Notes under the pieces: model-generated
What the model was told of the DNA's origin: nothing
What the model saw: the letters and a program-made list of their open reading frames with translations, nothing else
Databases searched by the model: none
Position numbers and translations under genes: made by a program
Shown: positions 16,036 through 24,808 of the stretch, one piece after another
How positions within the stretch are numbered: the first letter of the stretch is position 1
Layout: each line of letters opens with the position of its first letter
Assembly: GCA_964590575.1 (NCBI GenBank)
Contig: CAZPWM010000033.1
Span: forward strand, 1 to 31,699
Direction: 5' to 3'
Source: an uncultured archaeon
GTDB taxonomy: Archaea > Asgardarchaeota > Thorarchaeia > Thorarchaeales > Thorarchaeaceae
Length of the DNA stretch: 31,699 nucleotides

Positions 16036-17973
16036 ATGGCCCAGTTGAGTTCATTAGAGTCAATAGTCAGTGATACAGAACAATCTGGTGAAAGGATAAG
16101 CGATTTAGCTGGTTTTGGTAGTATCTTTGGTATTATTGCAGCTATTCTTGGCCTACTAATTGGGAAATCCCTAATCCCAATATCTGCAATAGAATGGGAA
16201 CAGACCTCGATTTCACCCTTCGCATGGATAATTGAAGGAAACCCCAGTTATCACATCGCTGTAGGTGCATTCATGGGAATCATAGCGCTTTCCCTTCTAT
16301 TTCAAGCATTAGGTTCAAGGAGGCTTGGAAGTTTTATCGGAAGTGGATCTGCCAATGTTTTTTGGGTAGGATTCCTTATTGCTATTGCAACAGCATTTTT
16401 TGTACCAACTCAGTTTCCTGGTGTCTTTGGTGCATCCCTCATTCCGGATTTCTTGACACCCATGTATTTCCTCGGAGCATTATTCGTAATAGCTTGGCAA
16501 ATAGGAGCTGTCATATACACTGATTCAGCTAAGACATGGGTAGGCGCAATCGCAGGTTTACTAAACGCGTTATTTATTCCAGTATTAGCACTTGGTCAAG
16601 TAATTAGTCCGTTATTGATTTACGGTGCTTATGGTATACTTCTTGTAGGTCAGTTGATGACCCTTAAATTTTGGTGGTCACCGTTTAGTTTAATTCGCGA
16701 ATATGCAAGAAGCTCAAGTATAGCAAAGATAACGTTTGGAATAAGTGGTCTCTTGACATTTATCATTGGTTTTGCCGCACTCTTCCTAGGTCCAATAGGT
16801 TCAATTGGGGGCGTTCCTATTTGGAGTCCTTGGAGTACATTAACAAACAATACAACATACCAAACAAATCCAGCATTGATTTTCGGACTCCTATCATTTA
16901 TGCTATTCTGGATAATGTTGGCACCAAGACTTGGTGCACGAGAACTAAAAGCTGCAGCAATTGGTGAAGACATAATAAAAGGTGGCAACAAATACTTTAT
17001 GATGTTCTTAGCCATGTTTGGGCTGATTGCTACAGCGCAGGCAGGAGCGTATATAAACGGAGTAGGAGCATGGGGTTTCTTCAGTTCAATTGCTCCGGCA
17101 GGTATCATGTTTATAATGGGAGCCTCGTATACTGCGAAAACAGACATTGTTACAGGTATACCTTTGGTAGTAGCATCTGTATTCTTGATGGTTCATCCAT
17201 TTAACCTCCTGCCATTGGTTGTATTTTCATGGCTGCTCATTATTATTACACAATTTCTATTGATGATTGAATCTAAAATTAGAGGTTTAACGGGTTTCTC
17301 CCAAGCTGCCCTAACAGTTGCGGTCAGCCTCGCAGCATCGATATCTATCGTCATTTTCATGTTAGGAGGATTTGGTAGTGGACCTCTTGCTCTATGGCCT
17401 ACAAACCGATGGTTCAATATTACATTGATACCAGGGATTCCAGCTGCTGTACAAGGACCAGCCATTATAATACTACCACTATTAGCACTTCTTATACGAA
17501 ATGTAGCACTTGCAGGATATTCCTACGGTAGAGGTTATGGATCAGGGGGAATATTGTTGGGTATAAGTTTCTTTTTCGCAATAATGATTCCAGTTATCGC
17601 AGGCAACGAAAGCGTTGCACACGAAGCAAACACAGGTGCTGCTCTACTGCTTGCACTCTACTCAATTAGTGTCATATTAGTGATGTCATTGAATCTGAAT
17701 CTCGCAAACGATGTTCAAGAGAAGGGACATGGCTTTGAAGGTTCACTGATCAAAACATCTACTATCGTAGGACTTGTTGCAGCCGCTGGAGTTATAGTCT
17801 CAATGTTTATAGTCTTCGCAGGGATTCCATCACCTGATCAAATCGCATTAATGGTGTCTATCATGGTGATATTTGTGGTAGGTGGTGAGATACTTTCTAT
17901 AGTAGGTTGGTTCATAGCAGGTATTCGATTGAATATGCTTCGGAAAGGCTTCAAATTCACTAAACTTGAATAG
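16036..17973 (+). CDS. Large polytopic membrane protein of unknown function (start re-assigned to ATG 16036)
   Basis: Very hydrophobic, roughly 18-20 candidate TM segments; GTGAGG SD at 16021-16026; the upstream in-frame extension lies in a divergent promoter region. Confidence 0.75.
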   Translation: MAQLSSLESIVSDTEQSGERISDLAGFGSIFGIIAAILGLLIGKSLIPISAIEWEQTSISPFAWIIEGNPSYHIAVGAFMGIIALSLLFQALGSRRLGSFIGSGSANVFWVGFLIAIATAFFVPTQFPGVFGASLIPDFLTPMYFLGALFVIAWQIGAVIYTDSAKTWVGAIAGLLNALFIPVLALGQVISPLLIYGAYGILLVGQLMTLKFWWSPFSLIREYARSSSIAKITFGISGLLTFIIGFAALFLGPIGSIGGVPIWSPWSTLTNNTTYQTNPALIFGLLSFMLFWIMLAPRLGARELKAAAIGEDIIKGGNKYFMMFLAMFGLIATAQAGAYINGVGAWGFFSSIAPAGIMFIMGASYTAKTDIVTGIPLVVASVFLMVHPFNLLPLVVFSWLLIIITQFLLMIESKIRGLTGFSQAALTVAVSLAASISIVIFMLGGFGSGPLALWPTNRWFNITLIPGIPAAVQGPAIIILPLLALLIRNVALAGYSYGRGYGSGGILLGISFFFAIMIPVIAGNESVAHEANTGAALLLALYSISVILVMSLNLNLANDVQEKGHGFEGSLIKTSTIVGLVAAAGVIVSMFIVFAGIPSPDQIALMVSIMVIFVVGGEILSIVGWFIAGIRLNMLRKGFKFTKLE

Positions 17974-18754
17974 ATATTTCTTTCAGAAGGCAGTGTGGTT
18001 AACATTGGCTCCCGATGTCAAGGGCATTGTCATCCGACCAGAAGGAGCCTCTGTTGCTTTTTTATTAGTCCACGGATTTTGCGCATCATCTGATGAACTA
18101 GCAACTCTAGGGACATATTTGTCTGATCAGGGTTTTGCATCGTTTGCAGTACAACTGGCAGGTCATGGTACCACTCCTGAAGATCTGAAAGAAACTTCTT
18201 GGCAAGATTGGTATCAATCAGTTCGAAGAGGTCTTGATGTAGTTCGGTCATGGAATCCAAAACATCTCTTTCTAGCTGGTATCTCAATGGGTGGAGCTCT
18301 CTCAATATTACTAGCATCAGAAGAGAATAATATCGACGGTATAGTGTTGATGGCCCCAGCTCTGAAAATTTCAGGCATCATCCCGAAATTGGTACCGATA
18401 CTGAAGCATTTCATGAAGGACAGGGATATCGATGTTGAAGCGGCACAACGTGTTTATGATGTGAAGAGAACTAAATACAATAGAGAACCAGTTTCTGCAT
18501 ATCATGAGCTATTCAAGTTGCAGAAAGCGACTAGGAAGAGCATGAGTAAGGTCGTCATTCCAACAATCATAATTCAGGGAACAGAGGACAAGACAATTGA
18601 TCCCAAAAATGGACAAATTGCTCTAGGTGGAATTTCATCCAAGAACAAAGAGCTACATATGTTAGATGGAGCAGAGCACGTTATCAGTTGTCACCCAACA
18701 AGGATAAAGGCATATCCCCTAATTCTTGAATTCATCAAGAAGATTGTCAATTAA
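17966..18754 (+). CDS. Alpha/beta-hydrolase carboxylesterase/lysophospholipase-like (true start may be TTG 18005)
   Basis: LVHGF oxyanion motif; LAGHG; nucleophile GISMGG; QGTEDKTI (Asp); GAEHVI (His). Confidence 0.88.
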   Translation: MNRYFFQKAVWLTLAPDVKGIVIRPEGASVAFLLVHGFCASSDELATLGTYLSDQGFASFAVQLAGHGTTPEDLKETSWQDWYQSVRRGLDVVRSWNPKHLFLAGISMGGALSILLASEENNIDGIVLMAPALKISGIIPKLVPILKHFMKDRDIDVEAAQRVYDVKRTKYNREPVSAYHELFKLQKATRKSMSKVVIPTIIIQGTEDKTIDPKNGQIALGGISSKNKELHMLDGAEHVISCHPTRIKAYPLILEFIKKIVN

Positions 18755-19455
18755 GTGTAATTTCTCAAGATGATGGCCGCTCTGTCTGGAAAATCAGTGA
18801 TCAATCCATCAACACCAAGAGTAAAAAGTTCCTTCATTGTTTTTGGCTCATTCACTGTCCAAGGATATATCTTAAGTCCGGCATTATGTGCGTCTTGCAC
18901 AAATTCAGAAGTAACTAGTTGGTAATGAGGGTTGATGGCATTTGCTTTGAGGCCCCTTGCATAGTTAACGAGCTTGTCCTTTGGTTTGTCGACCAATATT
19001 GCTATTGGAGCTTGTTCACTAAGGGATCTTATAGTGGCAAGTGTGCCATGGAAGAATGAGGATATTATGATCTCTTGGAGCATCTCATAGCGCTCCACCA
19101 TATCAAGCACCTGCTTTTCAACCTCAAGCACTTTTAGTTCGATATTAACCTGTAGATTTCCTGAAGCAAATTTAAGAACATCTTCGAGAAGAGGAATATG
19201 TTCACCTTCACCTGCATCAAAATCAAGCAATTCTTTGTAAGTGAAACTATGAACTTCACCACTCCCGTTAGTCGTACGGTCGACGGTTGGATCATGGATA
19301 CAGACTAAGTTGCCATCAAGGGTTTCGTGGACATCAAGTTCAATCATCTGAGCGCCAAGCTGCAGTGCCCGTCTGAATGAAAGGATTGTGTTTTCGGGAG
19401 CTTGACCTGATGCACCTCGATGTGCGATGATGATTTGTTCGACCATTAACATCAC
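18751..19455 (-). CDS. Glycerophosphodiester phosphodiesterase (GDPD/UgpQ family)
   Basis: IIAHRGASGQAPENT; IELDVH..DG.LVCIHD..VDRTTNG; NIELK; IISSF; WTVNE; GVDGLITDFPD. Confidence 0.93.
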   Translation of the reverse strand: MMLMVEQIIIAHRGASGQAPENTILSFRRALQLGAQMIELDVHETLDGNLVCIHDPTVDRTTNGSGEVHSFTYKELLDFDAGEGEHIPLLEDVLKFASGNLQVNIELKVLEVEKQVLDMVERYEMLQEIIISSFFHGTLATIRSLSEQAPIAILVDKPKDKLVNYARGLKANAINPHYQLVTSEFVQDAHNAGLKIYPWTVNEPKTMKELFTLGVDGLITDFPDRAAIILRNYT

Positions 19456-19490
19456 TCACCTTTAAACAGTAACTAAGTTGCGGGTTGAGA

Positions 19491-19799
19491 TCACTCTGCA
19501 TCATCAGGACGAGCTAGTCCAGATCCACCGCACCGAGGGCAGATATCAAACATTGCTCCACTCTTGATCTTGCCTGTACCTTTGCAGTAGTAGCAATCAT
19601 CGCTCGGAATTTCAAGTGAACTGTCAGCTCCTCTTGCGAAAGCAGCACCAACCCCGACTAACACGACTGAAAAGAATATCATGAAAAGAGAAATTATGTA
19701 GAAACCGGGTATTGGAAGAATGTAGAACAAAGAACCAAAACATAACGCTACACCAAATATAGCAAGAAGTGGACCAATCGTTTTTCTATCCATTTTCAA
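19491..19799 (-). CDS. Small two-TM protein with DnaJ-type (CxxCxGxG)2 zinc finger
   Basis: Two hydrophobic helices followed by CYYCKGTG...CPRCGGSG. Confidence 0.75.
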   Translation of the reverse strand: MKMDRKTIGPLLAIFGVALCFGSLFYILPIPGFYIISLFMIFFSVVLVGVGAAFARGADSSLEIPSDDCYYCKGTGKIKSGAMFDICPRCGGSGLARPDDAE

Positions 19800-19816
19800 T
19801 ACCTTTCCTTATGGAC

Positions 19817-19847
19817 AAGCTGGTGGTTTCAATCACCTGCTTTATAA
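19817..19847 (-). promoter_or_regulatory. Imperfect palindrome abutting a TATA-like box upstream of the zinc-finger membrane gene
   Basis: AAGC-T-GGTGGTT-TC-AATCACC-T-GCTT (19817-19842) overlapping/adjacent to TTTATAA. Confidence 0.35.
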
Positions 19848-20120
19848 TTTGTGGCTGAATTCCAATTTCTTTGTTTTGAGTAAGACAAATAGGCAGGAGA
19901 GTTCTAGGACAAAATATGAAAAAATTCCTCAAAAGCCTTGTTCTTGTTATTGTGATTAGATTCATAGCTTTCGTAGGAATTCATTACTTTGTTAGTGGAG
20001 GGTAACTTCCACTTCAGTTGTGTACAAACTGTCATGGAACATAGGTTATTATCTGGAATGAATCACCCGAAATGATAATAGAGTGCGTTATTATAAAGGT
20101 AGACTGAGGGAGATAGAACA

Positions 20121-21038
20121 ATGTCAAGAACTGATTTCTTTGCAAAATATACGCAAATCTATGCAAAGGCACAAGCAAAAACAATTGTACCAGATGGAAC
20201 ATTTGTACGACAATTGAAAGATTTGCCACGAAAATCATACGACGTAGGTGTATTCTTCAAAGCAAAGAGAAACACGAGAGTTGTTCAGCTTTATTTGGGA
20301 AACCCCATTCCAGCAGAAGTCGCAATGCAAGAAGGATTCCTCGAAACAGAGGACACGACCTATCTGAGCCGCACTATTCTTGCGAAGTTTAAGACAGTGG
20401 ACTATCTTAGAGTCGTTATATCCGCAGGAAGAATCCTAACCAATAAAGAACAACGAGTTGAATTCCTAAAGGCTGGACAACGAATACTCGATGTTATTCT
20501 TAAAAAGGCACGAAATATTTTGCACATGGAAGAGCTCGACCCATTCCGATTTGACGAAAAAGTACGCACTTTGGAGGAGTTTTTAAATTTGGAACTCAAG
20601 ATGGATGAGGTTTCTGTAGAGGCGGCCTCTATTCCATTCAACGTTGCAGCCCCTGAGTACATCCTTCTTGCAGATGATTCAATGATTGTTATTGGAGACG
20701 AACCGCGAGTTCCTCAAGCAGAGTTCTTTCTTGTTGGAGGAATCGGGTATAGGTTTGACAGAACTGAAGGTGCAATAAGTGAGGAGCGGCTATTTAGAAC
20801 AACAGCAGATCTTACGCCACAAGGAATTGACGAAGCATACATTGACGGAATGATTCAGCGAGTGACCGAAGATTTCCAGAACAGGTTACACTCTTTGATC
20901 TTTGCGGATGTTTGGAAGAAAGGTACATCCGCTCCAGTCGGTGTGAATTTTGGAGGAGACCTCCTCGTTAAGGCTGAACCGAGTAGTGAGATATGGACAG
21001 GAGTCTTCGAGGTCTATGTGAAGTCACCTAAAACATGA
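20121..21038 (+). CDS. Hypothetical soluble protein (305 aa)
   Basis: Long ORF with normal composition, SD GAGGGAG and upstream TTATAAA. I recognised no family motif. Confidence 0.75.
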   Translation: MSRTDFFAKYTQIYAKAQAKTIVPDGTFVRQLKDLPRKSYDVGVFFKAKRNTRVVQLYLGNPIPAEVAMQEGFLETEDTTYLSRTILAKFKTVDYLRVVISAGRILTNKEQRVEFLKAGQRILDVILKKARNILHMEELDPFRFDEKVRTLEEFLNLELKMDEVSVEAASIPFNVAAPEYILLADDSMIVIGDEPRVPQAEFFLVGGIGYRFDRTEGAISEERLFRTTADLTPQGIDEAYIDGMIQRVTEDFQNRLHSLIFADVWKKGTSAPVGVNFGGDLLVKAEPSSEIWTGVFEVYVKSPKT

Positions 21039-22614
21039 TGAAGTCAAAAGCGTCAATCGCAATGAAAACAGCACGAAATGCGTAGATTCTAAATGTGTAA
21101 GTAGCTATGCCATTTTCAACACTATCAATCGCAGCCCGAAGGATAGACAATGAATCACTCCCGAATGAATTCAAGTACGACGGCAGGGAATCAATAGTGA
21201 TTCGACTCAACCCGTTCCCCAGTATTAATGCGATATCATTCACAAACACATCAAGGTCTTCATAGACTGTATCTGTTCTGCCTAGAGTATCAGTTGAGTT
21301 CCCTGCTTCACCAATTCTTAAACTCAAAGAAGAACCGAGTCTACTAACTGAGCTTGAGTAAGAATGGACCAGATATTCACCAACATCTCCATTCATCTCA
21401 AAAGAGAATCGTGATCGGCTGCATAATACAGAAAATTGACTCCAGCTACTAAGGGAAGTGCTTGTTAACCCGCAAAGTTTCATTGCATTAGAATCACCAT
21501 CAAGCAGGTCATCAACTACGAACGATTCGATTAATACTCCAGCAGAAATACCTGAAGCATAAGCATCATTGTGTAACAAGGTCGATGCATTCTCAATACG
21601 AGCTTTGTCAACAGAGTAAATTGAAGTTCGCATCAGAGCACTGAAACCTACTAAATCGAGATTCCTAGTTCTTTGCATTAGTTCCTGCCATTCCACGCGT
21701 GAGAGTGTCATATCAAAGAGGAGGTATTCTGGTTTATTCGTTATGTTCACCAAGTCAACATCCACAAAATGGCTTAGAGCAATCCTGTGACTCTCATAGA
21801 TGTCCTCAATCAACTGCGTTGTTGCGAGGCCATTTGGCTCAATGCCAGCCAAAACCCCTCGGTCTGCTGTAAGTGTAATCGAGTATGATATCTCGGTTTC
21901 GTTCACTGCTTCTAGCCAAGTACGCAATCTAGTCCAAGAATCTACATCATTTTCAAGAACGTGGAAATCGAGATAGAACGCATTGGAAAGGATATCTGAA
22001 AGCAACTGTGGAGTTGGAGTAACATCCTGATATGGGTAGTCGAACTCAGCCAGTGGTACGCTGAGTCTAATCTGAGGATTTACAACCACTTGGACGGTAG
22101 CAATTGGGCTTTGACCCATAAGAATAATGGAAATGGGGAATGAAAGCCCAAGCAAGTTAGCGAAAATAAAGTACGCTATCGCTTTCTTTCCAGCTTGTTT
22201 CAGTTTTCCTTGTGGTCTAAAACGACCCATGAAGAAGATAGAAATCACTGCCGCGATATTAAAAACCAAGCATATCAAAAATCCACGTATGAGAAGCGAA
22301 AGCAGCCCAAAGAAGACTGTACAAATCATCAAGAATAGAAAATTCCAAGCTGCCGTTCGACTCCGATAGTAGGCACGAACCATTATTGGTAGAATAATCA
22401 TCATTGGTAATATGTAGAAAGCAAGTGGTAATGAGTCAATAAATCCTACTCCACTCAAAGTCATCATAAAGGTGACAGATATGAGAGCATATAGTATCAA
22501 AATCATATTCACAATCAATACAACAGTGATGAAGCGGTGGAGAAAAATATCATACTTTGGAACTGAATTCACTCGCTGTCGAACACCTCTGCGAGCCTCA
22601 AGTAGTTGACTCAT
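21028..22614 (-). CDS. Membrane protein: ~5 N-terminal TM helices + large soluble alpha/beta domain, unknown function
   Basis: Hydrophobic N-terminal ~165 aa, then alternating alpha/beta pattern with NxS/T sequons; SD-like GAGG upstream. Confidence 0.75.
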   Translation of the reverse strand: MSQLLEARRGVRQRVNSVPKYDIFLHRFITVVLIVNMILILYALISVTFMMTLSGVGFIDSLPLAFYILPMMIILPIMVRAYYRSRTAAWNFLFLMICTVFFGLLSLLIRGFLICLVFNIAAVISIFFMGRFRPQGKLKQAGKKAIAYFIFANLLGLSFPISIILMGQSPIATVQVVVNPQIRLSVPLAEFDYPYQDVTPTPQLLSDILSNAFYLDFHVLENDVDSWTRLRTWLEAVNETEISYSITLTADRGVLAGIEPNGLATTQLIEDIYESHRIALSHFVDVDLVNITNKPEYLLFDMTLSRVEWQELMQRTRNLDLVGFSALMRTSIYSVDKARIENASTLLHNDAYASGISAGVLIESFVVDDLLDGDSNAMKLCGLTSTSLSSWSQFSVLCSRSRFSFEMNGDVGEYLVHSYSSSVSRLGSSLSLRIGEAGNSTDTLGRTDTVYEDLDVFVNDIALILGNGLSRITIDSLPSYLNSFGSDSLSILRAAIDSVENGIATYTFRIYAFRAVFIAIDAFDFIMF

Positions 22615-22706
22615 ATGTCCTCTCTCAGGCCTTCAACTACTATACTGATAAGGTTGATGGGCTCAACCTTTAAGATGCCATTACATTAGCTTCGATACAT
22701 GAGTGA

Positions 22707-23912
22707 TTGTCCAGTATGAATGATGTGATTGTGATTGGAGCAGGACCTGGTGGAGCCACTGTATCTCGTTTTATGGCGAAGCTGGGTCTTGAAGTCTGTT
22801 TGATTGACAAAGACACATTCCCACGGGACAAGCCGTGTGGAGGAGGATTCTCCCGGACAATCATTGATGATTTTGCGTATCTGAAACCTAGAACTTCCGA
22901 TTTCATGAAGGGTGTATCTCGAGTTGGTGTGCTTCACTCACCAAATAGACGGATAGTCCTTGAAGGAAGAGTCGACATGGCTGTAACACTGCGCACTGAT
23001 TTTGATAATGTCTTGTTCGAGGAGGCGGTATCAGAGGGTTCATTGCCGCTAACTGGTACAAGAGCCAAAAAAGTAACTATCCGTGATAATGGTGTCATCG
23101 TTGATCTTACTGGTGGAAAATCAGTTCAAGGAAAAATGGTCATCGGAGCAGATGGTGTCACAAGCATGGTTGCTCGAGAAACCCAACTTAATCAAAGATG
23201 GCCGAGCTCGAGTATAACAGCTTGTAGGGTTTGCGAAGTCCCGGTTTCGCACATCGAGATTCTTGAACGCTACACTGATGATTTGAAGTACCATTTCTTT
23301 GCTAACCTAGGAGGACAACCGGGCTATGGGTGGATATTCCCGAAAGAAGATACAATAAATGTTGGGCTTGGGATTGTGGGTACTCATGCTCAGGGATTAC
23401 CATCGAAGTTTGATGCCTTTATTCGGTTTCTCAAGAATAAAGACCTGTTGCCAAAAACATCCAACCTATCAAGTGCGAAAGGGGCTCTAGTTCCTACTGC
23501 AGGACCGATTAAACACACAACAACTGATCGTTGTATCCTGCTTGGCGATTCAGCGGGTCATGTCAGCCCACTTACGGGTGGAGGTATCTCTTATGCGATG
23601 AGAGCCGCCCGTTTTGCAGCTTATGTCGTTGCAGATTCGCTAGAAAATGACAGTCTTAATGCAATTGCACTGAATAAGTACCAACGCTTGTGGCAGTCTG
23701 ATTTTGGAAACGACTTTCGCAACCAGCTTCTTGCCCAGAGAATATTCACAAGTCCATTCACTGACCTTCTCTTCCATATTGGAAGCAAAGACAAGAGGAT
23801 TCAGGAAATAGTATCAGAATCAATGGCGGAATCCTCTGAAAGAGATATGGATGTTAAGCAACTAGCTCTTCGAACGCTGATGGTTTGTCTTCGTGAGGTA
23901 ATTACTTTCTGA
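22707..23912 (+). CDS. Geranylgeranyl reductase family FAD-dependent oxidoreductase (start may be ATG 22716)
   Basis: DVIVIGAGPGG; FPRDKPCGGG; R..FD..L; IGADG; GYGWIFPK..INVGLG; LLGDSAG.VSPLTGGGISYAM. Confidence 0.9.
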   Translation: MSSMNDVIVIGAGPGGATVSRFMAKLGLEVCLIDKDTFPRDKPCGGGFSRTIIDDFAYLKPRTSDFMKGVSRVGVLHSPNRRIVLEGRVDMAVTLRTDFDNVLFEEAVSEGSLPLTGTRAKKVTIRDNGVIVDLTGGKSVQGKMVIGADGVTSMVARETQLNQRWPSSSITACRVCEVPVSHIEILERYTDDLKYHFFANLGGQPGYGWIFPKEDTINVGLGIVGTHAQGLPSKFDAFIRFLKNKDLLPKTSNLSSAKGALVPTAGPIKHTTTDRCILLGDSAGHVSPLTGGGISYAMRAARFAAYVVADSLENDSLNAIALNKYQRLWQSDFGNDFRNQLLAQRIFTSPFTDLLFHIGSKDKRIQEIVSESMAESSERDMDVKQLALRTLMVCLREVITF

Positions 23913-24095
23913 GCATAGTGTAAAACGTTTCAAAATCAAATGGAAGGAACAAATGAGAGTCCCCGGAGTGTGAATTATCCAGCCTCTATTGAGGATAAGA
24001 GGAGATTATACATTGGAAATGTCAACAAGAAGAGTAGACCAGAAATGGACTGGATAACTTGAACTCGTCACCGGTGCATATTCAATTCATCAGTA

Positions 24096-24656
24096 CTAAT
24101 CTCTTGGTTGCAAAATATCAGTTTGAAGATTTTCTATTAGTGAATGAATTTCCGGACGGCCAAGCAGCTTCCTACGTGTTTCACTCATATTATTTATCAC
24201 ACAAGCAACACCCACTACTTGTGCTCCTAATTTCTCAACAACCTTTGATACTGCAAGAACTGATGTTCCTTGAATTAACCAGTCATCGACAATTGCTACA
24301 CGATCACCTGCATCAATGGAATCAGAAACGATAGCAAGCCGTTGATCAGCGAACTTGGTAGAAGGAAGGATTTCAACAGGTCTTTCATAATCCTCAGGCA
24401 AATACGCAATAGAGCGAGCAGGAACGACACCGCATCCCAGATAATATGCAATAGCGCTCCCGAGTGCTAATCCTCGTTGTTCAAGTCCTATTACCTTGTT
24501 AGGACGAAGTTCAACAAGCGGCTTTGCGAGGGTAACTACTGCCTCATGAAAGACATGTGGGTGTTCAAGAAGTCTGCTGATGTCACATACAGCTTCTCCA
24601 GGCCGAGGCCAGTCCTTGATTACATCCACGTATTCAGTAAAATCAATATCTACCAT
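24096..24656 (-). CDS. Adenine phosphoribosyltransferase-like type I PRTase (divergent)
   Basis: DWPRPG...DIS.LL; VIGLEQRG; PRPP-site GDRVAIVDDWLIQGTS; LGAQVVGVACVI. Confidence 0.8.
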   Translation of the reverse strand: MVDIDFTEYVDVIKDWPRPGEAVCDISRLLEHPHVFHEAVVTLAKPLVELRPNKVIGLEQRGLALGSAIAYYLGCGVVPARSIAYLPEDYERPVEILPSTKFADQRLAIVSDSIDAGDRVAIVDDWLIQGTSVLAVSKVVEKLGAQVVGVACVINNMSETRRKLLGRPEIHSLIENLQTDILQPRD

Positions 24657-24808
24657 CGTTTCAACCTGAATAGGGCTAACTACTAGTAAGATTTTAGGCT
24701 TTCTGTATCATTCAATTCATGAGGATTCATGGTCACGGTGGTACTTGCACACAAAACAGTTAAGATACTACAACTGGTTGTAACTTAGCAAGGAGACACA
24801 GAACTTCG

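Noticed and set aside
23975-24057. SAM-I riboswitch (TTATC...GATAA closing stem)
   Set aside because: It lacks the AGA/GAGGG, GCAACC and GTGC core motifs, and it lies between two gene 3' ends rather than in a leader.
23975-24079. Minus-strand mini-ORF MHR*RVQVIQSISGLLFLLTFPMYNLLLSSIEAG with an internal TGA
   Set aside because: No SD, stop at the fourth codon, not in frame with the upstream APRT-like gene, no recognisable motif; likely chance.
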